Shown here one piece after another: positions 35,913 to 49,774 of a DNA stretch of 64,000 bases (positions are counted from its first letter, which is position 1; every line of letters starts with the position of its first letter). The stretch covers positions 57,040,001-57,104,000 of the forward strand of contig CM060734.1 of the NCBI GenBank assembly GCA_030704615.1, in the 5' to 3' direction. A program made the translations under genes and the position numbers. The notes beneath the pieces were generated by a model, which was given only the letters and a program-made list of their open reading frames with translations, was not told the DNA's origin and did not search any database. Source of the DNA: Takakia lepidozioides. Taxonomy: Eukaryota; Plantae; Bryophyta.

Positions 35913-38377
35913 TAGGCCTGCATCAAGCCGCTCATCATCGTCTATGCTCTCAGTATTGTCTTTGTAGGCAGTACGTTTTGTCAGCATGCTTTAGAAACTT
36001 GTAATAGAGATTGTACTACCCTTTCAGCAGCCCAGGGAGTTCTGTTGGCCCAGTAACTACTACCTCCGTCATTGTTGCTATCCCACCTATTGGGCAGCTG
36101 GTGGGTTCCAGAAACTGACCAAGAGGTCATCCACAGCCTCAATAACCTACATCTAGAAGTGTAGGTAGAGAAAGTATGGAGGATTGACATGTCATGTAGT
36201 GTGAAGAGTAGGGTTGACTGTGTAGTTCCGAGTGGACTTAGTGTTACATGTCAAAAGTGGAATGAGTGTGGTCTGTCGATGCCTCAGTCCACAGAGCATG
36301 CCAGCAGACTAACGGATTGTTTCACAAGGGAGAATGATAGCATAGCAAGTCCAGCAGTATATGATGCTCGTCTATATTCAGACATGCTATGCAGTGCTGC
36401 AGAGTGAAGATCCCAACTCGAGCTACTGTATAGGAAGCTTTCAGTAATGTCTCCCACTAGACACTGCATGTCTTCGAAGGTAACTTGTCTAGATTTCATT
36501 GTAGACTTCATTCGGATCTTGAACGGACAATCTTGTATGGATTGTAATGAAAACGGCCAGGCACAGTAAGTGCTGGAACGCAAGTGCCAGGGGCAGCTTC
36601 GGCATCTTCATCGACACCAACTTCACTCCTGTTAGCATCGATGCACAAATATGCACTTGTACGGGTTACGTAGTTTCTCCTTTGAACGGTAGTTAGTAGT
36701 TACGTACTGAGTCAAGACAGTTGAATGTGCTCCCAGTTGGACTGTTGCCAACGAGGGTGGGCCGAGGGTTTCAGATCATCTAAGTAGTTGGTGAGCAGGG
36801 CCCATATCTTTGAAGTCGCATTCCAGCAATCGCCTTAAATCGAATTTCGCTGCTGGGGCATGCATATCAGCATGAGCAAGAGATTACGCAAAAATCCCAC
36901 CATGGCTCTTTCTGAAGAAGAAAAAAAAGAAGAAAAAAAGAGTGAACCAGTGCTTCAACCATGGAAAGAAAGAACGGATGTCAGGAAACTCTTGATCGAA
37001 ATTCCATGTTGGGTTGGGATTTTCGCATGTGCAGCATGTAAGGTACTTGTAGCTGTCTTTACTCCCGAGTATAGCGACAAAAAGGTTTCCTTGTGATGCA
37101 TGTGGCTCAAATTTTCAAGACACAAGACCATTTCCCTTCTCCATTTTCTCGGCTTTAAAGGGAACCAAGGCCCTGTTCATGGCTTTCCTCCCAGTCCTCC
37201 TGCCGACAGGGGGCAGGTGAGCGAGCACTGCCGCAAATATGTGACATCTTTGGCTTCATTCTCAGCTCAAACTGGCCGATCTGCACTAGGAACCTGATGC
37301 ATTCAAGCCCACCAGCTCCTCCACAACACTCCATACTTCCAAATCTTCACAACAAAACCAAGAATATAATCAGACTGACCAGCACACAAGACCCGCATGC
37401 CCAGGAAACCCACGGCGGACGACCCCACCGCGTGGGAGACGTATAACCGCGGCTGGGTCCTCCGCGCGATGTATACGTAACCAACAAAGGCTGCGCGGAG
37501 TCGGTCCCGAAAAATAAATTAATCGCCACGTGCTGATCGCAGCCGCAATTAAAGGGGTGTTTGGCACGTGAAAAAGATTATTAAAGCCTAATAAGCATTG
37601 GCCCTGTCGCCCAACCCTTCTTAAGCCAAGCCCCCCCACCCGGAATTGACCTCGGGGTTGCATGGCTCTCATATTCTCTTTTCCTTTTTCTTTATTTTTC
37701 TACTAATATTCAGGTCGACTTCTTCTTATCTATTTATTTACTTAAAATCAGCTACTTATATTTAGTTAATTTAAATCTGCATAAAACAACTGGATGTCAA
37801 ACGTTCCTTCTCATTCATCCGTCGCACAAGGGTAAAGGGAGCCGACGATAGTTCGTTCATTCATCATTCACTCGGAGGGATTTCTCATCCAAATATTTCT
37901 GTCTAGTGTTATCAAATGGAAGCAAATAGGTAACAAAAGTTAGTATCCACTGTGTAAGGATTGTGTGTAAAAAGTAAATCTAGTAGTTCACTCGTCTCTC
38001 TCGCTCGACGGTGGCGTTTCGCTGGTTGTTCCGAGGCCATCGCTCTATCTGATTCTCTGGAGTGCTCTACTTAGCTGCTGTCCGTCTCGGGGGAAGCTGT
38101 ACCTGGTCCTTTCTTGTGGTAGCTGGTTGGGTTTGGAGATTTAGGTGGAATCATCTGGTGGATTGTTTGAGCGTACCCTAGGTGGTGCCTTCATGTTGAA
38201 GATCTACTCGTCCTGGACATGGGGTTTTGGGATGTCTTTGCGTCACAAGAGCTGTTTGGGAAACTGAGGAAGCTTCAGTTGTGGACGAGTTCAAGTCCAA
38301 GTGAGCAGCTGGCAAGGGTTTGAATCTGCTGGAGCACACCTTGTGCCCAAGGCAGCAGGAAGTCGCAGAAGGAGCTC

Positions 38378-41300
38378 ATGAATGCCGCAGGTGTGGAGAT
38401 GTTAGGGGATTTGGTGGCTGGGTCTTCTTTGCCGGCAATGAGCTCTGGGCAAACGTCAGAGGAAGGCTCTAAGAAAATCCGGAAACCTTATACCATCACT
38501 AAATCTAGGGAAAGCTGGACTGAGCAGGAGCATGACAAGTTCCTCGAAGCCCTGCAGCTGTGAGTTTGTATTTCTCTCTGCTCTTCCCTGGAACTTAGTC
38601 CATGTAGTGTCCCAGTTTGTTTGGTTTGTTTGGTGATAGTGAGGTTTCAGTTCACTCAGCTTTGTTTTCCCGTGGTCCCTGCGTGGATCTGCAAGTAGAC
38701 ATGACGAAGGGAACAAGTTTTCAAAGCCAGTTTAGTTGAAATTGTATGTGAGAGACGTCTTCGGTTGGACATAAGACATCTTAGACTTCTTCACCCGTCC
38801 CTACCGGGGTTCAGGCTTCAACTTGCTGGTTTTTTCTTCGACCCGACCCTTTCACAGACTCGAAGGGGCTGTCTGGGAAAGCTGTGGCATAACCTAGTGG
38901 TGACAAGAGTTAGACAAATGTTAACCCTACCTAAGTGATTGCCACTGTGGTTTCAGATTTGATCGGGATTGGAAAAAGATTGAGGCTTTTGTGGGTTCCA
39001 AGACTGTCATACAGGTGCGCACTCCTTGGTCATTGGGATCCTCTTCACGATATGTCTGCTTTAAAGAGTGAGGAATCTTCTCTAGGCCCTATTGGATGCG
39101 ATAACTGCAAGAGGAGGTCAAGACTGGGTAGTAAGTGTAACTATGATGGTTAATATGTAGTATTGATTTATAATAAGCGAAGTTCTCATGACTGGACATG
39201 AAAATGCCGATAATGGAGAAGCAATACCTCTGTAGGTGTCTTTAGGTGGGAGCAGCATTAGGGCTCAGTTCGTGTATGTGTTGGCAGCTTCCTATCGTCT
39301 GTGGGCATTGAATGGACATTTATGCGAAGTTCCTTCGGTTGCAGATTCGGAGTCATGCCCAGAAGTATTTCTTGAAGGTCCAGAAGAATGGCACTGGAGA
39401 GCATGTACCCCCTCCACGTCCTAAGCGCAAATCTGCCCAACCATATCCTCAGAAGGCACCAAAGAGTGGTAATGTGAATCAGGGATCCTGTTAGTTAATA
39501 TTTTGTAATCATGGTTAGCATTAGAAGCTGCAGGTTACTTGCCAGTTGGTACAGTGCAAGCCCATTTGGAGGTAGGTTTCTCAAGGCCATGTGTTCACAG
39601 GCACAGTTCTTCATGGAACCAAAGGCTCAAATTATTTAAACCTGTTCCACAACCATGTTCATAGTTGGGAATCCCGATTGTTTGCCTTCTAGTTCGGCAA
39701 GGTTTAGCATGTGCTTTGGCACCTTCTTACCTACAAAGCATGGATGCAAATGGGTGAGTTGCTGCCAATAGTGTAGACAATTGTCTGGATGCTACCATAG
39801 AGGGGTATTGTTTCTGACTGTCAACTTCGATTCTGGTGTGGACAGGCATTAAGCCGGAAGTTGGAGGGATGAACATAGTTGCTGGACGGAATCGAAGCAA
39901 TAGCAGTAGTGGGAGCTCACCAGGGGGTTGGCCACAGCAGATACTGCCAGCAGGTCAAGTGGTGCAGGAGTCTTGTCTACGGGGTATGGCTCAGTTTAAC
40001 CAAGTTTTCATTTGTGGTGTTTCTTTTGTGTCTGTCTGCAATGGTGCCCACTTAGATTGAGTATGGGTCACGTTGGAGTGGATGGTGCCGAACCGAAAAG
40101 ATTGGGAAGTAAATAGGGACATGGCTTACAAAGGAATACTGCGAAAGGGCCATAACTAGACCCTTTGGAACCTGGAGAAACTGGCAGTAGCCGGTTCTTT
40201 GAACCCTATGGTGACCACTCTGACTGTAGCTACAGAGTCACCCAGATAGCAAAAAGACCTGGTCTTCCTAAATATCACCCTGACTGCCACTGAACCAAAA
40301 TGTTGGGTGTGTTTAACCACACTTTGCAGAGTTTGCTCATGTCAGTGGGCCATAAGCAAGCAACTTGATCCTTCATTAGTAGTTGTGCCGGTTATAGATA
40401 TTCTTGGCTATGTCTATGCATCTCAGTCTGACATATGGGTCTGCTTTTGACAGCTGCTCCTGACTTTGCGGAGGTGTACCAGTTCATCGGCAGTGTGTTT
40501 GACCCAGGTGTTTCGGGTCACCTGAAGAAGCTTAAGGAGATGTCTCCAATTGACCGAGAAACAGTATGTCTGCTTTGAATATTTTGCTACCTTTGCCTTC
40601 AGAGTATCCAAGGAGCTAACATCTAGGATGGTAACACGCACATGGAGGAAACGATAGGGGGCATAGGCGTAATGAGTGTTATAACGGGGAGAGGCAGATG
40701 TGTCTTATAAACTTCCACAGATTGCACTTGATCAGATGTGGAATTTGTGCACAATTTCAGCATGTTGATGCAAACTTAGAATGGTTGAATGTATATCTGA
40801 ACAAGGTTGTGTTTCTTTTGGCACTCACAGGTCTTACTTCTGATGCGCAATCTCGCCATCAATCTTTCCAGCCCTGATTTTGAAGAACATGTAATATCCT
40901 GACACATCTCTGGTTATAACATTATGCATATATGCATGTGTGTGCTATTTTATTGCTGATGATGGGGTTAGAGTTGTCAGCATGTTACATTTGACAAGAG
41001 AAGCATTTCTTGTCGAAGATCAAGCACTTCCTTGGCACCATGCAAGAGGCTTGTAATGACTGTAGTACTTCGACAACGTCATATAGACTTTTCTCTGGCT
41101 CCTCGAAGATGAATGATTCATTTATTCTGTGAGACATATCATTGGCCTCTGTTGGTAATCAAGAGCCTGTCCACACTAATGGAGCTTGTATTTTTGGGAT
41201 CTGGTCAACCACCAAAGTTGCCTTTTGACGATTTTCTTCGTGGTATTTGTGCATGACAATGAGTCATTATGAATCTTAGGCAGTTCGGGAAGCTCTTAAA

Positions 41301-42135
41301 GTGCCACTGAAAATTATAGCTCTGATGGTTAGTCGCTTCTTTCTTCTGGTGCAGAAATTATTTTTGTCCGTGTACGATATAAGTGGAGTGGATGGGAAGC
41401 CTGATGATGATCAAAATGGTGTACCATGCACGGGTCCTCAACCTTGCTCGGTATGTATATCTGTTCTATCTGGATTGTTCCTTTCTGAAGCCGCCTTTCT
41501 TATACCTTCTGCAATGACACTAAAGTTTTTGTTAGTGACGAAATCCAGTTTGAGTACCATTTTCCAGGAGCTTTCAATCAAAGATGTCTTAGAGCTTCCT
41601 TCCCGAGGTTTTCTTGGTAGGAGACTTTACTGCATTGCATTATCATTTCATATCATCGTTATCATTATCATTATCATTACCTTAAGTGAGTTGGAAGGGA
41701 TTAGGTACTCTTTAAAGTCTGGGATATCAAACCTCATCTGGATGCATTGTTAACTCATATCCATGTATGAGTGGAAAATCTTTCAAGTTCTAAGCACCTA
41801 GGCTTCTACAAGATTGTGCAAAGTTGGTGGTGGGGTCCCAGAAGGACTGTGGTCATTTATCTTCTGAAGGCACCCCTCATGGGATCATGATACAGGATGT
41901 AGGTGATGATGATACCTCAGTCTCAGGCCAACTAGGAGCAACACAAATTAGTGAGCAGAGCGCAGACTCAGACCAATCCCTGCGAAAGACCCACATGTTG
42001 CAAGTGTATGCAGATGGCACTGCAGAGGCTCCCCCACAGCCGTATGATGGTGAGGGAGGCAGAAAGGGTGTGATGGCTGTGCCTAAGGCCATGGTTTATC
42101 CCCCTCTCCCCATATCTTGGAACCAACTTATCTGA
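38378..42135 (+). CDS. RVE: REVEILLE/LCL MYB transcription factor, RVE-C (8 exons; last exon tentative)
   Basis: [78 protein letters not shown]; LCL domain [39 protein letters not shown]. Confidence 0.95.
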
Positions 42136-43672
42136 CGCTCCCCCCATCTCTTTCTATGCAAACACAAGCTCCAGCTCCAGCTGCATCCATGGTGGGAAAG
42201 GCCAGATTCTGCATAAGGATTCAGTTTGATTGCAAGGCCGGTGGCACTGGAGGCGGATGTAGATATGTGGGAGCTTGACTTGAGCTCCTTTGTTTTCCAA
42301 CCAAGATCTGTATTATGAGCTCATTGTGAATAGGTTGATCTTTATGTTGGTATGTAGCGACTATTTGCCTTGCTGCAAAGAGTTGGCATAGCATTCTTTC
42401 AAGTGTTCAGTGGTGTAGTATAGCAAAAACATCTTGATTTAGTCTGAAAAACAGACTCAATCTGCAGAGTGTGTAATAGCCCGCGGTCTTTCTCAAATCT
42501 TGTAAACAGGAGGGTTTGCCTCCTTGAGTATGTACTATGTTCAACAGTATTGTGTAAATTTGAGAGTTTACATTTAAGTTATGTCGACACACCTGTTGGT
42601 CCTGTGCTTTGGCCCTTCCTGTACCTGGTCATTTTGTTTGCTATCATGCTGTCAACTCATCGGCTGTATGGATGTACTGCCTGTGAAACTGTGCAGTGCT
42701 ATCTGTTTGCCTCATGAACAGGGACTGTTGCCTCACAAACATGGACACGTCCCTGTCTAACTCTGCTGTCCTTCATTACTAGTGGGGTTATGGTCATCAG
42801 TGAACCCTCTCTCAGGGCTTTGTGGCGGAGTCTGTGGACTTGACTTTGTCCTAACGTCTCTGGGCTGGGGTAGGTGTGGACTGTTAGCCAACTGCCAGCC
42901 GAATCTCATCCAAATGTCTGCATGTAAAATCCTTTGTAAAACCTTCTCCTAGCTGCCCAGATTTGTGCGTGGGATGCAGTTCAGTTGTGAAACCATATTT
43001 CGGGGGCAAGTCCAGTGAGAACAGACAACAGACACCATCTAAGTACATACTCGAACAAGTAAATCCATAACAACAGTGTTTGTTTCGGGAAACCTTTGTG
43101 TAGCCAGCAAGCAAGTGTGTAGAATATAATACACCCATAGGTGGTGGAGAGGTTAAAAGCGTGTAATAAAAGGAATGGCAAAAGCACATAACATCTGCAG
43201 TCGGAAGTCCAACTAAATCACGTCACGCTACCCTTGTGCTCTCATCCGTTTCTGCTCATCTTAGCTCACCATCTTTCTCTCGTACATGCATTTTCGAGGA
43301 AGTTGCTAGCATAAAGCAGAGATCGGCCTGCAGTCACAGAGAAGAAGGCAATATTTTGGAGTTGGGTGAAAGATAATTTGCAAGGTAACAAGATTCGGAC
43401 GCTCATGCTCATGTTTGTATGGCTTCTTTCTGCAGCTATTTTTTCTATATTGTGAGATGCTGGATCGGTTTCTACACTTCCGATCGCAGCTGTGTTAGAG
43501 TCGATGGGTGTGATCGTTTGTGAGTAATCTGATTGACCGATCGTTCTTCTATGCTTGTGGACACTGCAAAGGAAATTGTAACACAATTACATCATCAAGG
43601 TCGGGGGATAACTGTAAGTACAAATCTGGGGGTTGCGGATCTTATCACACTCGTGTGAATTGTGCGTGCAGG

Positions 43673-43885
43673 ATGTCTCAGCCAGAGTTTCTCAAAAACG
43701 TGACGGAGTGCTGGGAAGCCACAAAGATTCGGGCCCAAAATTCGGTGAAGGCTGTAGGTGATGCGTGGACAATTTACGTTGAGCCGAAGGCGCGGGAGTG
43801 GGAAGAGACCTTGAAGCAAAAGATGGGGGATACCCAAAGATATTTGAAAGAGAAGGCGGATAAACTTACCAAGCAGGATCATTGA
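43673..43885 (+). CDS. Small 70-aa hydrophilic helical protein (LEA-like)
   Basis: MSQPEFLKNVTECWEATKIRAQNSVKAVGDAWTIYVEPKAREWEETLKQKMGDTQRYLKEKADKLTKQDH; ATG directly after a TGCAG acceptor; donor near 43385 suggests a 5' UTR intron. Confidence 0.5.
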   Translation: MSQPEFLKNVTECWEATKIRAQNSVKAVGDAWTIYVEPKAREWEETLKQKMGDTQRYLKEKADKLTKQDH

Positions 43886-44950
43886 GTATGTTCGATCTTT
43901 CCGTGGACTATCTTGGCAGCTTAGTCTGAATCACTCTCGCTCTCTCTCTCTCTTCTTCCTTCATGATACATGAAGGTATCAGGAAGAAGGGTCAGTGAAG
44001 AGGTTTCTGGTTTCGTCCTGGAATGATGGGATTGTTCATGCCTTACATAGCTGGTGGTCCTATTTCCTTCCTGCATGCCAGGGGGAAGGAAGCAAGAAGA
44101 TGCCTGGCCTTGTTTATAGGGATGCCAGTGTCCAGAAGGTCATTGGGTGTATAGAAAGAATGTGGAAACTTGAGAAGGTAGACTGTAAAAGACAAAGCTC
44201 CGCGAATTGTCACAAATTGTGGTTACATAGTGGACTTGATTGCTTGATTGATTCAATGTCTTCTCTCGAAATTGATGGGTTTCCACTTTTCTCTCCTTTT
44301 GTGGAAGTAGGAAGATGAACGTTATATCTTGGTCATCATGTTGTAGCCACTGTGAGGTCGACTTTGGTTTCAAAATCCAAACTCCAGAATGCCACGCTGC
44401 AAGTGCTGGTGATCCTTCTCACTCCCTGGATCCGCTTTCATGTGCAAATTCCTTGGCAGAGATGAAATTTTCCCAAATTGGCAAACACCTATGCTCTTCA
44501 AAGAAATCTCTTTATCTACACATGAGATGAGTGTAATCATATGATTCTGGTGACTTTTGCAACAGCAACATTGGAAGTCACTGGTATCTACAAGTAAAGG
44601 TCTTTCCCTGAGATCTATGATCTAAGAAACCCGGGAAATGATTCCAGGAATAGAAATTTTGATTAATAATCTTTGCAGTCAAAAGAGTGTACAGTGGGAG
44701 GTGGCGCCCGGTCCCGTGTTAGTTCCAACACTAGTAGAGAAAACAACACAAGTGATGGGTGTCTATCAAATCTGCAGCTCCAAAACTATCTTAAGAAATG
44801 GTCTGGACAGTTCTCAAATCAAACATCACTTTCAGATCCAGCTCCCTTCTTGAAAGCTGGCACTTGAATTAAGGTAGTATATCCGAGAGTAGAGACCTTG
44901 CCCCCTCCATATATACTCACCACCAAGCACACAAAAAACTTAAGCTGAGC

Positions 44951-46790
44951 TCAGGGCTTTGCAAGGGGATTTGGTTCATAAGCGCCATCAAAGAGGTGGT
45001 AGTGCTTTTTTTCTCTGTGGCTTCGAGGGAATTTTGTCATGTACCACTGAGCTATGGCAACATTGTAAAGAGCAACTTTGTTGTCTTTTCCACTTGCTTT
45101 GAAGGCAATCAGCCCATCATCGCTGCTCATGTCATACGTTTTTGTAGAAAACGTTTTAGTGTTAAACAACTCTTGAAAAACCAAATCTGGCATCATGCCA
45201 TTTGGGATCTCTGAGAAAATTCCAGTGGGGGTGCCCTCATTGTCCAGAACAACTTCCACAAGCCATAAGTTCCTAGGCTTTTCCCTATATCTCGTGCATG
45301 CAAAGACTCGACTAGGACTGCCTTGAACAACTTTCGGGGCTTCAATTTGGACTCCAGAAACAACCAATAAATAAAAATCAAAGCACAATCGCTGCTTGCG
45401 GTTCCTGCTAATATTAAAGTAATAAAGAGCTGGTTTCCTAAGGTCTTCCAAGCCTCCCAACCTGGTGATGACTCTAATACCCCCAAAATACACACCATAG
45501 TTCACTACTGCCATGCCTGACCTCCCACAATGTCGTTTGGAAATGGCCCTCGCATCTGTAATATAATTAGCATGAGTGTAGTTTTGTTTATCAGATGAAT
45601 ACACCACAACAGAGAGCATTTGTCCAGACGATTTTTTATTTGAACCAGAGTTCTGGTTTGTATACTGGTCAGCGGAAAAATTATCCCAGCCTGCTAGGAC
45701 CAGATAGTAATTGGTGCGCTCTACATTTGAGTAAAGAAACCTGGCCATCTTGTCGTTCATCATTCGGCCAGGGATAGGGGGCAATAAAATATACTCGCGC
45801 GTAAGGGGGTTCGTAACACATACCAAGGCTTGGTCAGAGCCCCTCAGCTTGTTGTCTTCTAGCAGCCAGTGCTTTGCATTAGGAATTTGCATTTTACCAC
45901 ACAATAAGATGGGCCCTCGGCCTGGTTGCTCTCCTCCCTCCATAGCCAGTAGACCTGCACATTACAAGTTTCCTAAAATCAGCTTGTCATATGGTGAGAG
46001 GTACAACTCCCAGATCTGAGTTGAATTCTTCCAAATATACATGGTTCTATGACATTGATCAAAGTTGCTATCTAAGGGACAATATTATTGGACCACCACT
46101 AAGCCTGACATATCTACTGCGCATGTAATCAAGATCAAAGAAGCATCCTGACTAATGCAGCCACCCTTTCGTCAGCTCTTCATAAGCCAAGACAAAGTTC
46201 AGACCTGCACCGCCAGCGATCACTTTGTCCACATCATTGGGTAGATAGTCAAGAGGGGGCAGGGATATCCAGCTGCGATTGTGCCTTCCAAAACCCTCAA
46301 CAGTATATGTCTTGTTTCTTGTTTCCATGATGCAAGGATGGTAACAATGATACATTTTTTTCTCCTTATCTGCGTACATGCTGGGGGACCATACATTATC
46401 TCTTCCAGGATTTTGTGAAGATCTTCGTTTGTGCCTCCTTAGTTGTTTGCCATCCACTGTAAAATACACCTCTACCTGTTGTCCTCGCTCAGTATAGTTC
46501 ACGTGTATTGGGCATGCGTCAGAGTCTCGCAAAGTGAACTTCACTTTTACCTGCCTCACAAAATTAGAAACGGGGCGATGAGTCAAGTGTCTTTCATCTA
46601 CAATCAATTGTATCGACACTTGGGAAACTTACAGTTGTTATTCACAGGGAAGTTATAACTTGCAAGCCACGGAGCTTAGGAGGGGGAGAGACATACCTGT
46701 CCCTTCGTTAAAAGTGTAGGGTCTATGATCCAATGAGAATGGATTAAACACTCCTTTGCATCTCTCTCCATAGCCAAATACACATCCTGC
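44951..46790 (-). CDS. Protein with F-box-associated (kelch-like) beta-propeller region; multi-exon, 5' end unresolved (may extend to about 47570)
   Basis: WISLPPLDYLP..IAGGAG|LLAMEGG..LVCVTNPLTREYILLPP pattern; 330-aa open last exon; GT-AG junction near 46205/45955. Confidence 0.65.
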
Positions 46791-49774
46791 ACACATGATA
46801 AATGATAACATGTTCAATAAACGATATTTTGGAGGTCTACAGTATGCCCCAAAGTTTGCTCAATCGAATACTTCAATTACTCTCAATGAGAAGTCCAACT
46901 AGCAACAAAGCACAAACAATCTTGGACGGCCAAAGCTTGCACATTTCAATGAAGCTACTCTTTGGGTGTTCCTGCAGGCAACCTGGTAGAAATCCAAGTC
47001 CAAGCTAAATTCATGGTAATCCCTGTTGACATCTGAATTCCTGTGTTGCACCTTTGGACAATGCTACAACCACATGTATGTCCAAGGAGGCCAAGAATAA
47101 GTACATCTGAATATAATATAGGTCTTGCATCGTGATGTGAGTGGATGAGACACTCCTTAACGTCCCCATCCATAGCCTGCAACATGATAAACAACCCAAA
47201 GATGATACAAAGATTACTTTTGAGTGACAATATGGCAAATTTTTTACTGTCCTGTTCCATCATGGCCAAATGCTAGTCTAACCTAAGAGCTTTGAAGAAC
47301 TTGGTTTCCAACCTCCCTTGAAAATGCCATCACGGAAGAAGTAGAACGAGGTTGCATTGCTCCTGCAATCTATACGATTCTGCCTATAGGAGGTTGTCTA
47401 GGTTTCAGGCAAACCTCACTGTCCTTTTGCAGATGGTCTGTTGGGCCTATGTCAACAGCTCCAAGACGTATATTCTGAAGCTCCTGGCCCTGCATATCTG
47501 TCGATTCTTCTTCAACCACCATAGGATCTGAGGTCAATTGACCGGACCCAGCCATTTGCTTTAGTTGTTGCACGTGTGGACGTCAGTCTACACGTATGAG
47601 AAGGGCGTTAACCTCGAAACATCATCGGAAGAAGCAATTTAATAGGAAAACAAGCTGAAACCGATCTGCCTTCCCCGCGACAGCTTTGGACTCTTCGCTC
47701 ATTGATGTCATGCCAAGAGTTTAAGCCTTTCACGTCCATTATACACAATCCCCTGCAGCACAAGAAAGCCCGTGAGATCACCTGAACTTTGAACTTTGAA
47801 CTTTCTAAGAGCTCAATTGATAACGAGGTGAACTCGGAGTTCCCTTTTAACTCGTCGCTCGGATTGCATTTCTTCAAAGACCATGAAGTTGCAAGATGAA
47901 ATGAAATGAAATGGTGCTTTTATAAGATGAACAATCTTGGTGCAAGAATACACAAGTTCAACCATCCGTGACCACCCTATGAGTTGCACAGTGATGGCTG
48001 TAAGCCAGCCGCTAGCCAGCTATAAGTTCAGTTTGCAATAGAGTACTGTACAATTGGACATGACTCAACCAAATTCTCGAAATGACTCACATCCTTGGAT
48101 GCCATAGTTGTGCAGGAGTCCATATCAGCTTGATTTATTATTCCGTTGCGCCAGCTGATAACCTGTCAGTCTCTACATAGGTTTCAAGACGATTTCACTA
48201 AGATCCTTCTGTCCACCTTGGAAAAGGAGACGTGTGAAGATTCAGAGGAAGAGAATGTGACCAACACCTTGACACCCAAATAAACCCTCACATCCTCGCA
48301 CAGAATTGGAAGTAGAGTTCAAGGGTTGCAGGGGGTGGGTCTACGCAAGGAAGATTTCCAGCTCTGCCCCGCATTCCCTGCCTCGTATAATTGCATTCTT
48401 CAAAAAACACATTCACTTGACATCCTTGTGCCGAGCTTGGGAAGAAACTCAAGTGCAACATACATAACATCGGATTCTTACACTCTTTGTCATAATCCAG
48501 AAAAGAATAATTTGCACAAATCCTACCAAGACTTGTCTCGATGGAAGGCTCTGGTTGAGAAATAGGACTTTGCAGAAAGATTGCTGAAATTCTTGGACGA
48601 AAGGAAAGACGAAAGAGCGTAGACCTAGTCGGTGGTTACTAGTTACGCCCCGTTGAATCCACCACACCACACCAGCCCGTCTTTCCTTTCTTCGTCGTCT
48701 TCTTTCACGTCCCTAGTTCTCACACACGTCCGGTTCCATGGATGAGGAAGCAACTAGCGATGAATAATATGCCTCATCAATGATGGAAATCCACAAATGG
48801 ACAGCCGATTATGGATGAGGACATCTAATGAGGATGACAAATTGGATTCATCCATGCTGGGCCTCCATATGACGGTTTGCTACACTGCCCCCTCTTGTCT
48901 CTCTCTCTTCGTCTTCTTGAAGATCGCTAAGCTGAGCACTTCTGCGGTTGCTGAGAACCTGGTGTGTTTTCTGATAGATCTAATCTTTCTTTTAGTGTGT
49001 TTGTCGAACAAGCTTGTATTTATGTAACAAAGTATGAAATGATGTTATCTGATTGCATATGTATCTACATTGATCGACGTGAACAAATTAGCGTGCTTTC
49101 TGATTGGAAAACCTCTTGTGCATCTTTCGTTTTCTTTCTATTTTCACTCCACAGATTGCTGCATTTTGAATGGAGATATGTGCCATTTCCAATCTCGACT
49201 AGGTAGGCCGCATAGTTTGACGTCTTGGCTCTTTGTATCTGAGAAAGAAATCAGCTATGATTGCGAGGATCAAGTGCTTCTGTCAAGGATGTTCCTCCAG
49301 GAGCTTTTCCTTTCGATGATATTCAGGACTGCAGATGTGATTGACGCTATTTACGCAGTTTATATCACAGCGACGTAGAACTAATTCTTTAGAGCGTTAC
49401 TCCTCTCTCGACCCTCCCGTGATTATTCTTGCACCACTGCAGCTTTCTTGAATTTTCTAGTCTTCAACAATCTAAATTTTTTGAAGTAGATTGGTACTAT
49501 CACTCTCCATTCGCTCCCTCAGCATTTGCGAGATTGTCGAGCTTGCCCTCTTGCATTGTAGACCATCATCTTCCGCCATCTTTAGCCAGACTCTCCCGGA
49601 TCATTCTCATATATTTTCTTCCGATATGCATAACTTCTAGTGGTCTTGTAAAAGATCAATCAGTGTGCCGGAAATGTGGGAGAAACTGTACAGAATGAGG
49701 ACTATGGGAAGAAAGACAGTGTCTTTGTTAATTCTTGTTGTACGTTGCTCTTTTTGCGTGAAGAAGGCTGAAAC

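Noticed and set aside
35980-36700. Degenerate coding-like sequence on the minus strand
   Set aside because: Multiple stops in all frames and no confident family assignment
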